A DNA stretch of 62,240 nucleotides, filler included, from Sphacelaria rigidula (taxonomy: Eukaryota): assembly GCA_964200075.2 (NCBI GenBank). It is 11 parts of 11 records of this genome, joined end to end, with 100 filler letters (N's around TTAATTAATTAA, not from the genome) between each part and the next. Parts side by side here need not be neighbours in the genome. Positions count along the whole stretch, not along the records: positions 1 to 5,568 come from CAXNAA020026262.1; positions 5,669 to 11,236 come from CAXNAA020026263.1; positions 11,337 to 16,904 come from CAXNAA020026264.1; 8 more parts are not named here. One strand, written 5' to 3'. The translations under genes and the position numbers were made by a program. The notes below the pieces were generated by a model. The model saw only the letters and a program-made list of their open reading frames with translations. It was not told the DNA's origin and searched no databases. Below are positions 1-12,030 of this stretch, in pieces. The number at the start of each line of letters is the position of its first letter. The first letter of the stretch is position 1.

Positions 1-42
1 TCCTAGTTGGTTTTTCCTTGTCTCTTCCTGTGCGCGGGGTGC

Positions 43-88
43 GGGGGGGGGGGGGGGGGGGGGGGGGGGGGCTATCGTAGAAAGTGTC
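43..88. mobile_element. Terminus of GAC-ended MITE (poly-G-CTATCGTAGAAAGTGTC) interrupting the Gypsy integrase
   Basis: Same terminal sequence as at 11073 (reverse), 34305-34327 and 45457-45485. Confidence 0.7.
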
Positions 89-2700
89 CGACAAATCTTG
101 GGAAGCTAGCCGGCCATTCTCGCCCACGTACAAGAAGTCAAAATCAGCTACTTCATCCGGCTTGGTCCCATGGACCGTTTCGCCGAGCGGGCGGGGAACA
201 AAATCGCCCGTCCTCGAGTCAGCACAGTGAAGACACTGACGGACAAATTCGCGCACACGAATTTCTATCCCCTGCCAGACACAAAACTCTTGCAAGCGCA
301 CGAGCGCCACAGCCACACCACGATCCCCGGCGTCGCGCATGTGCGCGTAAATCATCAGACCTACCAGCAGCTCCTCGTCAAAACTCGGAATCCACAAAAC
401 GTTTCGGCCACGCACATGCACACGAAATAGACCTTCATTGTCCAAGATAGCAGTACCAACGTCCGACTTGAAAGATTGAACATCCGCATCTTCGGCCCCA
501 GGATCTTTTCGTTGCGCTTGGCTGATAAGAGATTTGGACGGCATCGAGTCATCAGGTTCACACGGACCATACACAGCCACAGCGTGCACATGCATTTGAA
601 TTTCGACTGTAGGCACCTGCATGACCAAACTATCCCAATGGCACTCAGATGCATACGGTAACAGTGACACCTGACAATCAGGACGAGGATGGAACAGCGT
701 CACGGCATGAGCCACCAGATCCTTCTCTGCCGCCCACGCCTGCAGCCTACCCTCCGTCCACGATGCAGCCTTCTTCGAAAACGCCATATCTGGACTGGAC
801 CACCCCGCCTGCAGATTCCGTAACACCAACCCGAGCGCCGAAAGAGCCGCCATGCACAATGCCAACCAACTCGATTTCACTGGATCGTACCGCAGCGACT
901 TCGTCTTCACCGCGGACGCCCCAGGTTCTGGCTGAACACGCCTGGGCTCCACGCGCGCAGGGGTATCACCCCGCAGCACACGACAAAACGCGTTGATGCG
1001 GCAATGCAATATGCCGCGCAGGCGCTCCGCTTTTGAGATGCTGAGGCCTGTCGCCCAAACATCTGTCACGCTGTCCCCCAGCGCGACCTTCCGAGCGGAG
1101 TCCTCTTCCGCCGGAATCATTATTATCTCCGGGCCGCGCTCTACCAAGCGTTCCACCGTCACATCCCGCTCTTCGGTCACCTGCCCTCCAGCCTCCTGAA
1201 AAGCATGCACCGACAAGCTCACGCGACAACTACCCAAAACGGCGGGCATCTCCAAGCGTGGACCAGGCGGAGACATCCACGTCCTCATGGAGTCCCACAA
1301 CCGCCGAGCGTTGACTACAATATCCTGAAGCATCGGCAACCCCAGAAGAATAACGCCATCCGACCCCGGCATGATCGCAAACGAGATCGGAGGCAACTGC
1401 GCCGGCCCAGGAAGTCGTGAAAGTCAGTTGCAGCGAAACAGCGCGCTCTGTGACGTCTCCATGCTGACTCGATGCGGTGACGGCCTGCAGCGCCACAAGC
1501 AAAAAAGGAATGCGCAGCGGCACACCCGGGAGAAGACGCTCCAACATATCTACAATCTGTACCGACAGACTCACATGATCAGTCCAGTGGGCGCCATAAT
1601 TCCACTTAGCCTGAACCGCAATGGCTCCACGCTCCCGTTTATTTGGAAGGCACAGCTCCGCAGGAACATACCTGTCCGCAAACTCCACTGGCAATTTATT
1701 GGCCGACCGATTCGCCGCTAATCCCACTTGACGCCACGGCTGCGCAAGCTGCGCAGGCGAAGACTTCCCGGCAGGCTCAAACAGCACCACCGGCGGGTAT
1801 AACATCCAGCTAGCAGACCAAGAATTTGGCGAACCTCCGGCCAGCGCGTCAGCAGGCATCGCGCCTGGCGCTGCTGACGGTGTCGCCGCCGGCCCCGGTA
1901 GTGACGCCGGCGCAGTGTTCGACACTGTGTAAGTCGGTCCCACCTGCACCGCTCGTTGCGGGGCAGCAGCACCTACAGCGGCGCCGGATCCTGAACCAGA
2001 CCCATGCCGACGCCGCTGCCCCTGCTGCTGCTGCTGCTGCTGCTGAGGACTCGACTGCGACCCTCCACCGCCGGAGGATCCGCCGCCGCCACCACGATTA
2101 CCTCGTCTTTTGCTCTTGTGCTGACGATGCTCATGGCGCGCGGCATGAGACTGCCCAGACCTTTCACCGGAAGACGTTGGGCAATCGCGCTCGTAATGGC
2201 CGACCTGGCCACAACAGGGCAAGTGCCCGCCACATGCCCAGCATGCTTTTTGAACGCCGCAACCAATTGCGGCGGGGTGATCGTGACTTTTTTATGCTCC
2301 AAACGAGCAAGGACTCTCTGCACACAAGTTGGCACTTGTTGAGCCATTGTCACCACCCGATGCCGCACAGCACCCCCTGCGCTAGCGTGCTTCACACGCT
2401 TGCTGTACTGAAGTACTTCGTCATAAAAGTGCGACGTGCACTCTCTTAGTACGTATCCCCGTAATGGGGAGGTCGCAATTCTTCCCGCATGGCCACGGGT
2501 GTCACGGTGGACGTACCTCGTGAGCCTGTAGCCATAGCTGTAGCTGTAACCGGCTACCTGCGAACCTCTGCAGGCCAGCCGCAGCTTCAGTAAGTCTCCA
2601 GTCTGAAGCAATCACAGGCCAGTCGTGTTTCTGCAGCCACCACCAACTCAAACCCCCGTCACGCGTCCTTGATGTCAGGTTGTCCCCGGCTACCAGACTC
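89..2700 (-). mobile_element. Degenerate Ty3/Gypsy LTR retrotransposon internal region (gag, protease, deleted RT/RNase H, integrase N-terminus)
   Basis: Minus strand shows a gag zinc knuckle C-P-(V)-C-GQVGHYERDC broken by a 1-nt frameshift near 2220, a protease-like ...FAIMPGSDGVILLGLPML near 1330-1390, and the RT start ...RNLQAGWSSP near 800. The integrase H2C2 region AHMRDAG(D)RG...REFVRQCLHCADSRTGDFVPRPLGETVHGTKPDEVADFDFLYVGE lies near 115-350. Integrase last is the Gypsy order. Confidence 0.85.
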
Positions 2701-2729
2701 ACTCCGCCGAAATCCTTTCCAGCAGGTCT

Positions 2730-2810
2730 CTAGCACTAGCACTAGCACTAGCACTAGCACTAGCACTAGCACTAGCACTAGCACTAGCACTAGCACTAGC
2801 ACTAGCACTA
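2730..2810. repeat. (CTAGCA)n hexanucleotide microsatellite, about 13.5 copies
   Basis: Directly visible perfect repeat. Confidence 0.98.
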
Positions 2811-4132
2811 ATATCGATTTTATGACGCCAGCCAGTGGAAGCACTGCTGGATCACTGCTGTTGAGGGACTCCCCAGTCTTACTGGCCTCATTTCAGTTGT
2901 CAGCCTTTACAACATTCTCATTATTCAGGAGTGCCCTTCCAAGACACCGCCCTAGACACGTATCAACCTAGTGTCCCCGGTCATTATCCAGATCATCGCT
3001 ACCAACGGTCATTATCCATATCATCTCTACCAACTCAACGTAATGGCTTATTTTCGTCACAAGGCAGAGTGCAGAGTAGAAGCTTCGAAACTTCATTGTG
3101 AACGTTAAAAATTCATAGCGGAAGCTGATGTGACATGGCTTGACGTGTCATTTTTTGTCGCAGTGATTGGCCGAAGGTTTCCCCGCCAAATGTACGATCG
3201 ACCAGCGTCCACTTTGAACGTGCATAGGCCGGCACAACACTGACTGTACCGTACACTGCAGCACCGTACGCACCATACACCGCGCTTTTTCACTGCACCT
3301 GCAGTACTTCAATCCACTATACGGCACACTACAGGACACTGTAGTGCTGTATAGTGCTATTGTTCTGTGCAGCGTGGAGTACAGTGCTGTACAGAGGGCA
3401 ATGCATAAGCCTACAACAGTAGTGCATTGCGATGCTGTGAACTACTGTTGTACAGCGATACCGTACAGAGAGTCAGTTGTACAAACAGTGGTACAGACAG
3501 TACGGTACGGTACGCCGCACTTCCAAACAGCAGACCTCGGCTGCATTGCGATGATTTCTCCACATGCCACCTATAACGGTTGTGCAAGACGTTATGATCT
3601 CTCACGGGATGGAAATACAGCCAGGCGCAGTACTGCTCGTGTGCTGTAGACTACCCATCGTTCCCACCGTCTTCTTCCAGCTGAAGCTGGCAAGAAACTG
3701 CACCCAACGCAACGTGTACCTGTCGAGCATTCGAATTTTGACGCAACATAACCAAGCGGATTGCTGATACCATGGCGGCGTCAGGGGGGTCTTCTGGTTG
3801 CGATGCCAAGCTTTTCTACTTCGTGAATGGCCCATTGTGATGGGTATGGCAGTTTTGACGGATGAATGCCCCACTTTGCTTGTAGGGGTGTATTGACGTT
3901 GGACTGGACGTGACCATGGTGGTGAAGGTGGGCGTGTTTTTTTTTCATTGCGCTTTAAACTCTGAGAAGGAACAAGGGTTTTCAGAGTGAAGTGGTGCAA
4001 ACAGCCCTCTGACTTTGAAACAATCGCTCTGAAAAAACTTCATAGCGGAAAGTGCACCTTTTACAGGCTATTCTCCCTTCCACTCTGACTCTAAGATTTG
4101 AAAAAACGCTTTCCGAAGCTCTATCTTATTAC

Positions 4133-4351
4133 TTTGTTTCCACAATGAGCAATGACTCGAGTGCTTGCCCTATGAATTTGTTTCCACAACGAGCAATGAC
4201 TCGAGTGCTCGCCCTATTAGTTTGTTTCCACAACGAGCAATGACGCGAGTGCTCGCCCCATGAATTTGTTCCACAACGAGCAATGACTCGAGTGCTCGCC
4301 CTATGATTTTTTTTCCACAACGAGCAATGACTCGAGTGCTCGCCCTATTAA
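4133..4351. repeat. Minisatellite, 5 x ~44 bp (TTTGTTTCCACAACGAGCAATGACTCGAGTGCTCGCCCTATGAA)
   Basis: Five near-identical tandem units without spacers. Each has a CGAGCA/TGCTCG inverted repeat. Confidence 0.95.
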
Positions 4352-4929
4352 TCCTCTCGGGACCGACCCCTCACTAACACGGGGTTGACCATGTGTTAGT
4401 GTTGGGAGAGAAGTCGTCGCTCTATTGCCCAATTTAGGTTCAACCGTTTTCATGGAAGTCAGATGTCGTGTTCAAATCGAGGTCACAGAGGAATGTGAGC
4501 ACTGATATGCCTAAAAAAAAGAAAGTATGCTTTTGATTCGTCTTTCTATATATTACTGGTGCCGCCCTGGTGCCGCCGCACTATAATAAGACAAAAACGC
4601 GTAATCAAAACCAAACCTTCAGCCAGAAACTATACTCTAGGGGTCAGAAATGAGAAGTGAAACACGGGGTTGCGTGCAGAAGGTACCTTCTACACTCACC
4701 CTTGTGTCTCTTCATCCCTTCTATCGTACTTGATCACCTAACCTGTGATGCCAACTCTAAGAAAACCCACTGCTCTTCAAGTCCCCGAGCACACCCAACA
4801 GCTAGTTATTCTGCACATCGTCCAATACATGCACACGTGGCCACTGGGGGAAGGCTCCAGGACCTTGCAGGCACCTTGCGCAACCTGGCCCGGCAAGATA
4901 GGTTATCCACCTTTGGCAAGGTGGAGGTT

Positions 4930-5050
4930 GTGCAAGGTAAGTTGCACAAGGTCCTGCAAGGTACGTTGCACAAGGTCCTGTATGGTACCTTGCACAAGGT
5001 TCTGTAAGGTAGCTTACACCAGGTTGCGCGAGGTACCTTACACCAAGGTC
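4930..5050. repeat. Degenerate 24-bp tandem repeat (GCAAGGTACGTTGCACAAGGTCCT-like), about 5 copies
   Basis: Visible periodicity; it translates as repeated LQGTLHKV. Confidence 0.75.
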
Positions 5051-5568
5051 CAGCATTTGGACAGGTGTTAACGTCTCCAACACGTTGGAGTCAGCAATAT
5101 GAAGCTTTCCTTGCAGTTGATCATGTCGTGTATGCTTCCTCTCTTTGCATCACATTATTCTGCCGCTTTAAGGACATGACACGAACAATATATACNNNNN
5201 NNNNNAAAAATGGGCCGCCGTGGAGGGGAGGCGGGGATGAAGGGAACAGGACTAGGGAAAGAAAAAAAAGAGTTCGCCCCCCCCCCCCCCCGAAAAAATA
5301 AAAAAAAGGGACATACGCCGGCCTCAGGACGCTCCTGTGCTGGTGAGCAAGGTTCTGCACTCGGTCATGAGTATGACTACCAACAAGTCGCGAACCATTT
5401 TCAAGATCATCCCGTAGATCCATTCAAGCTGTTGACAAGATACGTATTCCATTTATGCAAGCGTCTACCGTGGTCATCCACGACTTCAGACACCCCCCCC
5501 CCCCCCCCCCCCCCCCCACCCCCACCACAACAAAAACAAACAAAAACACGACAACAAAAAAAAATAAA

Positions 5569-5668
5569 NNNNNNNNNNNNNNNNNNNNNNNNNNNNNNNN
5601 NNNNNNNNNNNNTTAATTAATTAANNNNNNNNNNNNNNNNNNNNNNNNNNNNNNNNNNNNNNNNNNNN
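5569..5668. other. Artificial contig-joining spacer N44-TTAATTAATTAA-N44 (also 11237-11336, 16905-17004, 22572-22671, 28239-28338, 33906-34005, 39573-39672, 45240-45339, 50907-51006, 56574-56673)
   Basis: The same 100-nt spacer, carrying stops in all six frames, occurs ten times. The segments between spacers are all 5568 or 5567 bp, as expected for length-sorted contigs. Confidence 0.98.
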
Positions 5669-6396
5669 ATTGTAGGGATGCGAGGTCAATGGTCTTTTGA
5701 CTATGGCATGCATGATCATGAGTACACTCCCCCTCCTCCTCGGGATGAATCCGTGTTCTAAAGGAATCAACTCATCTCTCTTCACCTCGTGACGATTTTC
5801 GATGATGGAGTCCTGAATTTCGGAGAAGAAAAAGAGTGCATACGGCGGGAGTCTTACCCTCGTTCTTCGCACCCTCATGGCAACAGCCCAACCATTAGGC
5901 CCCCGGGGCACTCGGATGGTATGATGACGCGAAAAACGATGATCCGCGGCGCATAGCCTTGAATTTCGGGGTGAAATTTTGACAGCAGAAAGGCAATACA
6001 TGGGTCCACCCACCATCGTATTGAAATCCAAAAGTTGGAGGTGTTGGAGTAGGAATGGTGGTCCCGAAAGAGATGGGTGGTCTCGAAAGAGATGGGTGGT
6101 CAATGGTCTAATGACCACCGCAAGCAACAAGTGCGTACCCCCCTCTCTCCTCCCACGAGGCTGGTACGGCGAAAACCCGGCGCGCTCCATCCCAGCTATG
6201 TAGGGATGCGAGGTCAATGGTCTTATTACCTATGGCATGCAAGATGATGAATACAACCGCCGTCTACCCCCCGTGCGCGCAGCCAAGAGGGACGGTTGTT
6301 GGAGGGAATACATGATGCTTGAGGTTGTGACAGTCTCACCCCTTCTCGCCTGTTTATTTTTTGCCGCCTGCTTCTCCCCCTTGCCTGGATGTGAAG

Positions 6397-6562
6397 CGAC
6401 TACGAAGACCCTCAGAATTGGACCGGTCAGGGGTCGTACACCGGACGAGACCACAAGACGGGACGACTGGAGGAGTTCGATCCGAATGACAAATGGGACT
6501 TACCTCCGCTAAGGACGCAGGCACAGATCGTGGAGGATTTACACGAGACACGAAGGGTCAAG
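6397..6562 (+). CDS. Putative internal exon of unknown protein (DYEDPQNWTGQGSYTGRDHKTGRLEEFDPNDKWDLPPLRTQAQIVEDLHETRRVK)
   Basis: Pyrimidine tract plus AG acceptor at 6395-6396, open protein-like frame, and AAG|GTGACG donor. Confidence 0.5.
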
Positions 6563-6986
6563 GTGACGACGCAACCCTTCACTGTTTTCACAATCTTTGA
6601 CTGTTTATTTTTGTGGTGGTGGTGGTGGTGTTTGGTGGACTCAGCGGCTTTGTTTCACCGAGAATCACGCACTGGTTGGCTTGAGGAATGTACTATGTGT
6701 AATATATGTCACTCATCAGTAAGATTCAGTGGCAAAGGGTATCCGGTAGAATTTTGAATATTTTCGCCACAATCAGATTTTTACTGACGATGAAAGCGAA
6801 TTCCAGCTCGGCTGTGTGCGCTTTGTGAAGCGTACTCACAGCTTGGTAAGTTCATAAGTTAATAAGTAATTGAAAAGTGGAGTAAGTTAATAAGGAGTAG
6901 ATAAGTGAATGCGTAAATGACTAATCAATGACCCATCTCTAGGGCGGCTGTCTTGCTTTCTCATCGCCAATGAAAATTTGATTGTG

Positions 6987-7226
6987 GACTAATGCCGAGA
7001 TAGCCCCCCCACAAAAACGTGCACCGGCACCATCCAACGAACCGGCTACGATCCCACTATTGGGCTCGTTTGCAGCAATTTCGCCCACATGAGAGGCGTG
7101 TAGCAGTCCGAAATCAGCTATAACGCCCAAATCAGTTGCACGAAACTAGCTTTAAAGGCAGTTATGATCATCGCCTCCGTGCACGGTTTTGGCCGGTTTG
7201 GGGGGGGGGCTATCTCGGCAGCAGTC
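6987..7226. mobile_element. Complete 240-bp MITE with GACT..TGCCGAGATAGCCCCCCC TIRs and 4-bp TSD TGTG
   Basis: TIRs at both ends; TGTG at 6983-6986 and 7227-7230. Confidence 0.85.
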
Positions 7227-8179
7227 TGTGGGGGGAATATTCAATGGTCACTTTGAACCAACGCAGCTGTCACTCCGCGTTTGTTGTGATTGGCTGTTGT
7301 GATGCACCTCAGCTCCGCTTTTCATAAAAGTTATTCGTACTCCACCTCTTCTTCTCGTGTATGAGTGCATCGTGTACAGATTTTGCCCCATCAAATGTTA
7401 TACACGGTTCCTTTTCGGGAGGTTGATGCGGGCCTCTCGGGGGTGACGCAAGTCAAAAATATGATGAGGTTAAAAGAGGCTGTTGTATCTCAATGTACAG
7501 TGGTGATCGTGGCTGTAAAAAATATCGCAGGTGTATCGGATGGTGGCTCCGGATAAGGTCCATCAACTTGAGTAACACGGATGTGAATGTTGTGCAATTG
7601 CTGGGCAGCAATAATATCGACGTGTGTGGTATATGCGTATGGATGCGGCATGAGCTGGAAGTGATGTTGAACGCTATTGTACGCTTGGTCGGTGTGGGAC
7701 ATGTGTGGTACTCGCGAGGTGCCAGAGTGCGAAGTAGCTCTCGTGCCACAAAGACATGACAGCGGTAAGCATTTCCCGAAACATTGGAATGCGTGGAACA
7801 TTCTTGGCATGTCCCTTGTCACTTGGGAAGCTCGCGGGTACGTTTTTTCAGTGCTTCGCTTCTTCGCTGCAATGAGAGTTTGCATTTCTCCGAAGAGAAT
7901 GGCTTTGGCTGGCTGTTGGAATACATGGAACATTCATAGCATGTTTTTTCTCACTTGGGAAGCTCGCGGATATGTTCTTTCGGTGCTTCGCCTTTTATTG
8001 TGCACACGAGGGTTGCGTTGTTTTGAAAGCCGGCCGAACTTTTCACCGGGCCATTTTTTTCAACAGGCATGTTCTTGCACTGCTGTCGTTTTCCGCTGCA
8101 CATGAAAGTTTGCATTTCTTTGGACGTCATACTGGTGGTTCTTGTCTCAAACGGTTGCACATAACTATGGCTTTCACAT

Positions 8180-8703
8180 CATCGGGCCTTTTTTTAAAAC
8201 AGGGTGATTGTTTTTTGCGGCAGAACATTTCTGTGCTGCCGTGCTGCTGTGCCTTCTTCAGCTCGCCAACGGCCCGTTGCACGGTCTCGTGTCTGCTACT
8301 GACTAAGGCCGAGGCAATCTTCAATTGTTTTCAATTGCTTTGCCCTCATGTATCCGTGACATTGGCGGCATGATCGGTGTGTTCGTGCTCACGAATGAAC
8401 GAGAATGCGACACAGAGAAACACGTGGAAAAAAATACCCCGCCGAAAGTAATCCTGTTTCAAGTTTTCCATGATCTTGAGAAGGATTTTATGGTTCGGGA
8501 TCGACACCCCGCGAAAAAGGGCCAGTTTGTGCGAATTTCGGTGGCCAGAACACGCGCCACAGGTATCAGATGACACCCAACCCTGAACGCTAATGTACCG
8601 CTGAGCCTTCTTCGTGCGCTGCAACAGAAAGCGCGGGGAAAAATGCCTTGCCGCCAGAGAAAACTCGGCAAGAGTGGTGAAAAATGTGAAATTATATATG
8701 TAC
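8180..8703. repeat. Dispersed ~520-bp repeat; inverted copy at about 13778-14355
   Basis: Long collinear similarity between contigs 2 and 3 (e.g. GTACCGCTGAGCCTTC...GTGGTGAAAAATGTGAAAT). Confidence 0.85.
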
Positions 8704-10591
8704 GTACGTAATCGTGGAACACAGTGTTCATCCTTGGAGTCGTCGCTTTCGAACGAAGAGTCGGTGAAGTGCATGGATTGGAGGAAGTGGTACTGCTCCC
8801 TCAGTCCTCACTCGCCTACACCATTCACCCATTGCCTCCGAATCGAGGAAACGCTTTTCAAAGACGCGATAGTAAGTCCTTCCAGTCTGGCGCACGAAAG
8901 TGTCCCGAAAACCTCATGCTGGCGAAGCCGTCGACGCCGGCACTGGTGCCGTTAATCTAGCACAGGTGGACATCTTGCTACACCCTCGGAACACCTTCCG
9001 AAGGTGAGACCCCCTATGGCGACCTTGCTACAGACCCTCCACGGTGTGCCGCCTCGCGGCGAGACTAAATGTCCACCTGTGAGATACCCCAATTTTTGCG
9101 AAAATAGCGCTCGCAGAGTCTTCCCATCAACATCTGCACATCCCACAAATGTCCATGAGGTGGTTATGTTGCGATCAGCACCTTGGGCTGTGTCAGACAT
9201 GTCTGACGCAACGGCGTCATGCCCATCTCCCACCAGGCCGAGTACGTAGCTGCACGACAAGCAGCGGCTGACAAGAAGACCGAGGATTTGAAATGTGAGG
9301 CACATTTGCCGAAGAGACGCTGGGCCTACGCGTTACGGGACACCACCACGAAGGAATCGGGCAAGGTAGGTTGCCGTAGGCTGCTGTATCTTCACAGTTA
9401 CTTTCCACATCACAATCATGGCGCTTGTCCGCGATGTCGCGGGGTTCAAAGAGTCAACTGTTCGAAAATGTTTGAGACGGGTAAGATCGACGTCGTGCCT
9501 CCCTAGAAGATATATAACTCGGCCAAAGGCTGATCATGTAGACCTCTTGCGCGGACCGTGTATCCTGGTACTTTGTACAAAATATTTCTTGCTCCACCGC
9601 TCGACATGATGCTATGTCCGTCAGTTTCGCCAGTGAAGCTGTACGCGCGGCGGTCCCCTTATGTACCCAACTATCGCGTTGACACGTCCCGTTGTTGCCC
9701 CGCGCGTTTTCCCTCGCCAGGCCCCACCAATAATCAGGGATGCGCAGGGTCACCTCAGGGCGGTGGGTGTGGAGGAGGAAAAAACTTTGAGCTCGGCAGA
9801 CGAAAAACTATTCCGGCGCGAGGTCAAGCACAGGAACAGCCTGTTCCTTGACGTTGATTAGATATTGCGTGTCATACTGTTGTAGTGAACGTCGTGTCGC
9901 ACTTGATTTTGCGAGGCAATGGAAAGGTATGCTGAAGGGCAGGTTGCTTTGTGGACTCAGAATCCGCTGCCGAATGTCATCGACACGTTTCACTGAATCG
10001 GTAGTTCCGCGGCAAAATTAGCGCTGCTTACCTCGGACCGCTGAATTCAACGCGCTTCACAAGTTCATGATGGGGCAGGCGGTGAGGAAATAGCCGGACC
10101 TATGGGATGGTTTCGACCGTGAAATTGAAGCGTGGTATCTACAGCCTTGGCCGATAACGTACAGCTGACGACGACGTTGGACTTTTTTCACTTGTCTTTG
10201 AGTTATTTCAACCATGAACACAAAATAAAGAAAGCAAACTATTGTAGCCCCCCACCCAGGGATTTTAATCAGTACCCCACTTCCTCCCAAAATGATCGCA
10301 CAGGGCGTTATCTGCCGTATCGTCCTGTTATACACTGATGGCAATGTAGCTCAACATGAGGGTATCAGTAAAACGTGCACACCTTCCTGTGTTCATCTAA
10401 CTTACGTACTCTCCTGCCCCACCCGAAGATGAAACTCCCCGGACACGATGGGGGTTTTATCTACCGACCCGTTGCATATTTCGTTTCCTTCTGGCAATAT
10501 TAAATCGACGTAAGTGTCTATTAACACGCAGGAGGCATCGTCACAACGCACATCCTACCTCAATGGTTCGTGCCCCCCGCCCTCCTCATTT

Positions 10592-11072
10592 ACCATAACA
10601 GCCCGGATATGGATGTGAAATAAATAACCTAACCCTCCTTTTCTTTAACCTATCATGATACAGCCCTGACATGGACATGAAATGAAGAAGCTAACCATCC
10701 TTTTTATTTGATCTACCGTAATACAGCCCGGACAGAGACATGGCATAAAGAAGCTAGCCCTGCTTTTCCTTTAACCTACCATAACACAGCCCGGAGATAG
10801 ACATGAAATGAAGAAGCTAACCAATCTTTTTTAACCTACCATAACACAGCCCGGACATGGATATATGGAAAGACGAAGCTAACCAACTTTTTTCTTGAAT
10901 CCACAGTTACACAAACCGGACATGGACATGAAATAGAGAAGCTAACAATCCTTTTTATTTGACCTACCATAACACAACCCGGATATGGGCACTGAATGAC
11001 GAAGATAACCCATCCTTTTTCTTCAACCCACCACAACACAACCCGGACATGGACATGAAAAAGAGAAGCTGA
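10592..11072. repeat. Minisatellite, about 8 x 60-64 bp (ACCATAACACAGCCCGGACATGGACATGAAATGAAGAAGCTAACC...)
   Basis: Eight diverged tandem units; the last is truncated by a MITE at 11073. Confidence 0.92.
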
Positions 11073-11236
11073 GACACTTTCTACGATAGCCCCCCCCAAA
11101 AAAAAACAGCTAAAAGTATCGCGAAAAAAATGGCCATAAAGCGCCTGATGTTCGAGTTCAGGCTGCATGAAGCGCCTCAGATTGGCGACATTGGCTAGAA
11201 TGAACCCAAGCGTGGGAATTCCCAGCTTCTCGCTGT
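11073..11236. mobile_element. Partial GAC-ended MITE at contig end (related copies about 34135-34327, 45340-45485, 53136-53389)
   Basis: GACACTTTCTACGATAGCCCCCCC terminus; the body matches the reverse complement of 45340-45485. Confidence 0.85.
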
Positions 11237-12030
11237 NNNNNNNNNNNNNNNNNNNNNNNNNNNNNNNNNNNNNNNNNNNNTTAATTAATTAANNNNNNNN
11301 NNNNNNNNNNNNNNNNNNNNNNNNNNNNNNNNNNNNGCCGTGGCGGGTTCAGGGATCTGAGGCCCCGGGCTCGGGTCTGAAGCGGGCGGGCCGCTGCTGC
11401 TAGTCACATATTGGTCCATCGATTTTGTGGTCGCCCTCTAGTGTGTGTGTGCCCTGTTCTCAACCTCTCTCCTCTCCTGCCTCTCATGCGGCGCAGTTTC
11501 GGTGTGTTTCCATGCGGTTTAGGAGACATAATACAGAACGTAAGGAGATGGGTATGTACTGGCTTTACTGGTAGCCTCTGACGCAGTACAGGAAAACTGC
11601 CAGTACAGGAATACTGTCAGTAGATACTGGTCCAGTCCCCAACCCTGGTATTTTGCATATGAAAGACAGCCTTCAGTGAGTTGCTTCATTTTCTGGTATC
11701 ACCACTTCCAGAGACAGCCACGGCTTACACACTGCCTCATGGTTGTCTCACCATTTCAACACCACGTATAATAGTATAATAGTATGACCACTGCCCTTTG
11801 CGCGGAATTGAGTATCCTCCCACCCCGCACAATATTATTTAGCTCGACCATCATCCTGATTACCGCAGGAAAACGCAAGCGTGCGCGAAAAAAAGGGCAA
11901 CCTAGTTGCCTATCTTGCGCAGTGAGTAGTGTGTTTCACAGCATCATCGCTAGTCGACGCTAACCTCATAGGGGTTCCGTCCCTGCAAAGCCGGTACGGA
12001 GAACGCTGGGTTTTCGCAGGACCAGGCTAA

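Noticed and set aside
2659..2971. Poly-VL / poly-ST protein ORFs
   Set aside because: They are translations of the CTAGCA microsatellite.
2978..3033. Primer-binding site of the Gypsy element (TGGTAG.GATG on minus strand, duplicated 28-mer)
   Set aside because: No LTR boundary could be defined and the tRNA complement cannot be verified by eye.
4133..4351. CRISPR array
   Set aside because: Units are contiguous with no unique spacers, there are no cas genes, and the context is eukaryotic.
5613..5624. Recurrent TTAATTAATTAA as a biological motif
   Set aside because: It is always centred in N runs at 5.67-kb spacing; it is an assembly linker with six-frame stops.
10592..11072. CRISPR-like repeat-spacer array (~62-bp period)
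   Set aside because: The whole unit is homologous between copies, so the variable parts are diverged repeats rather than unique spacers.
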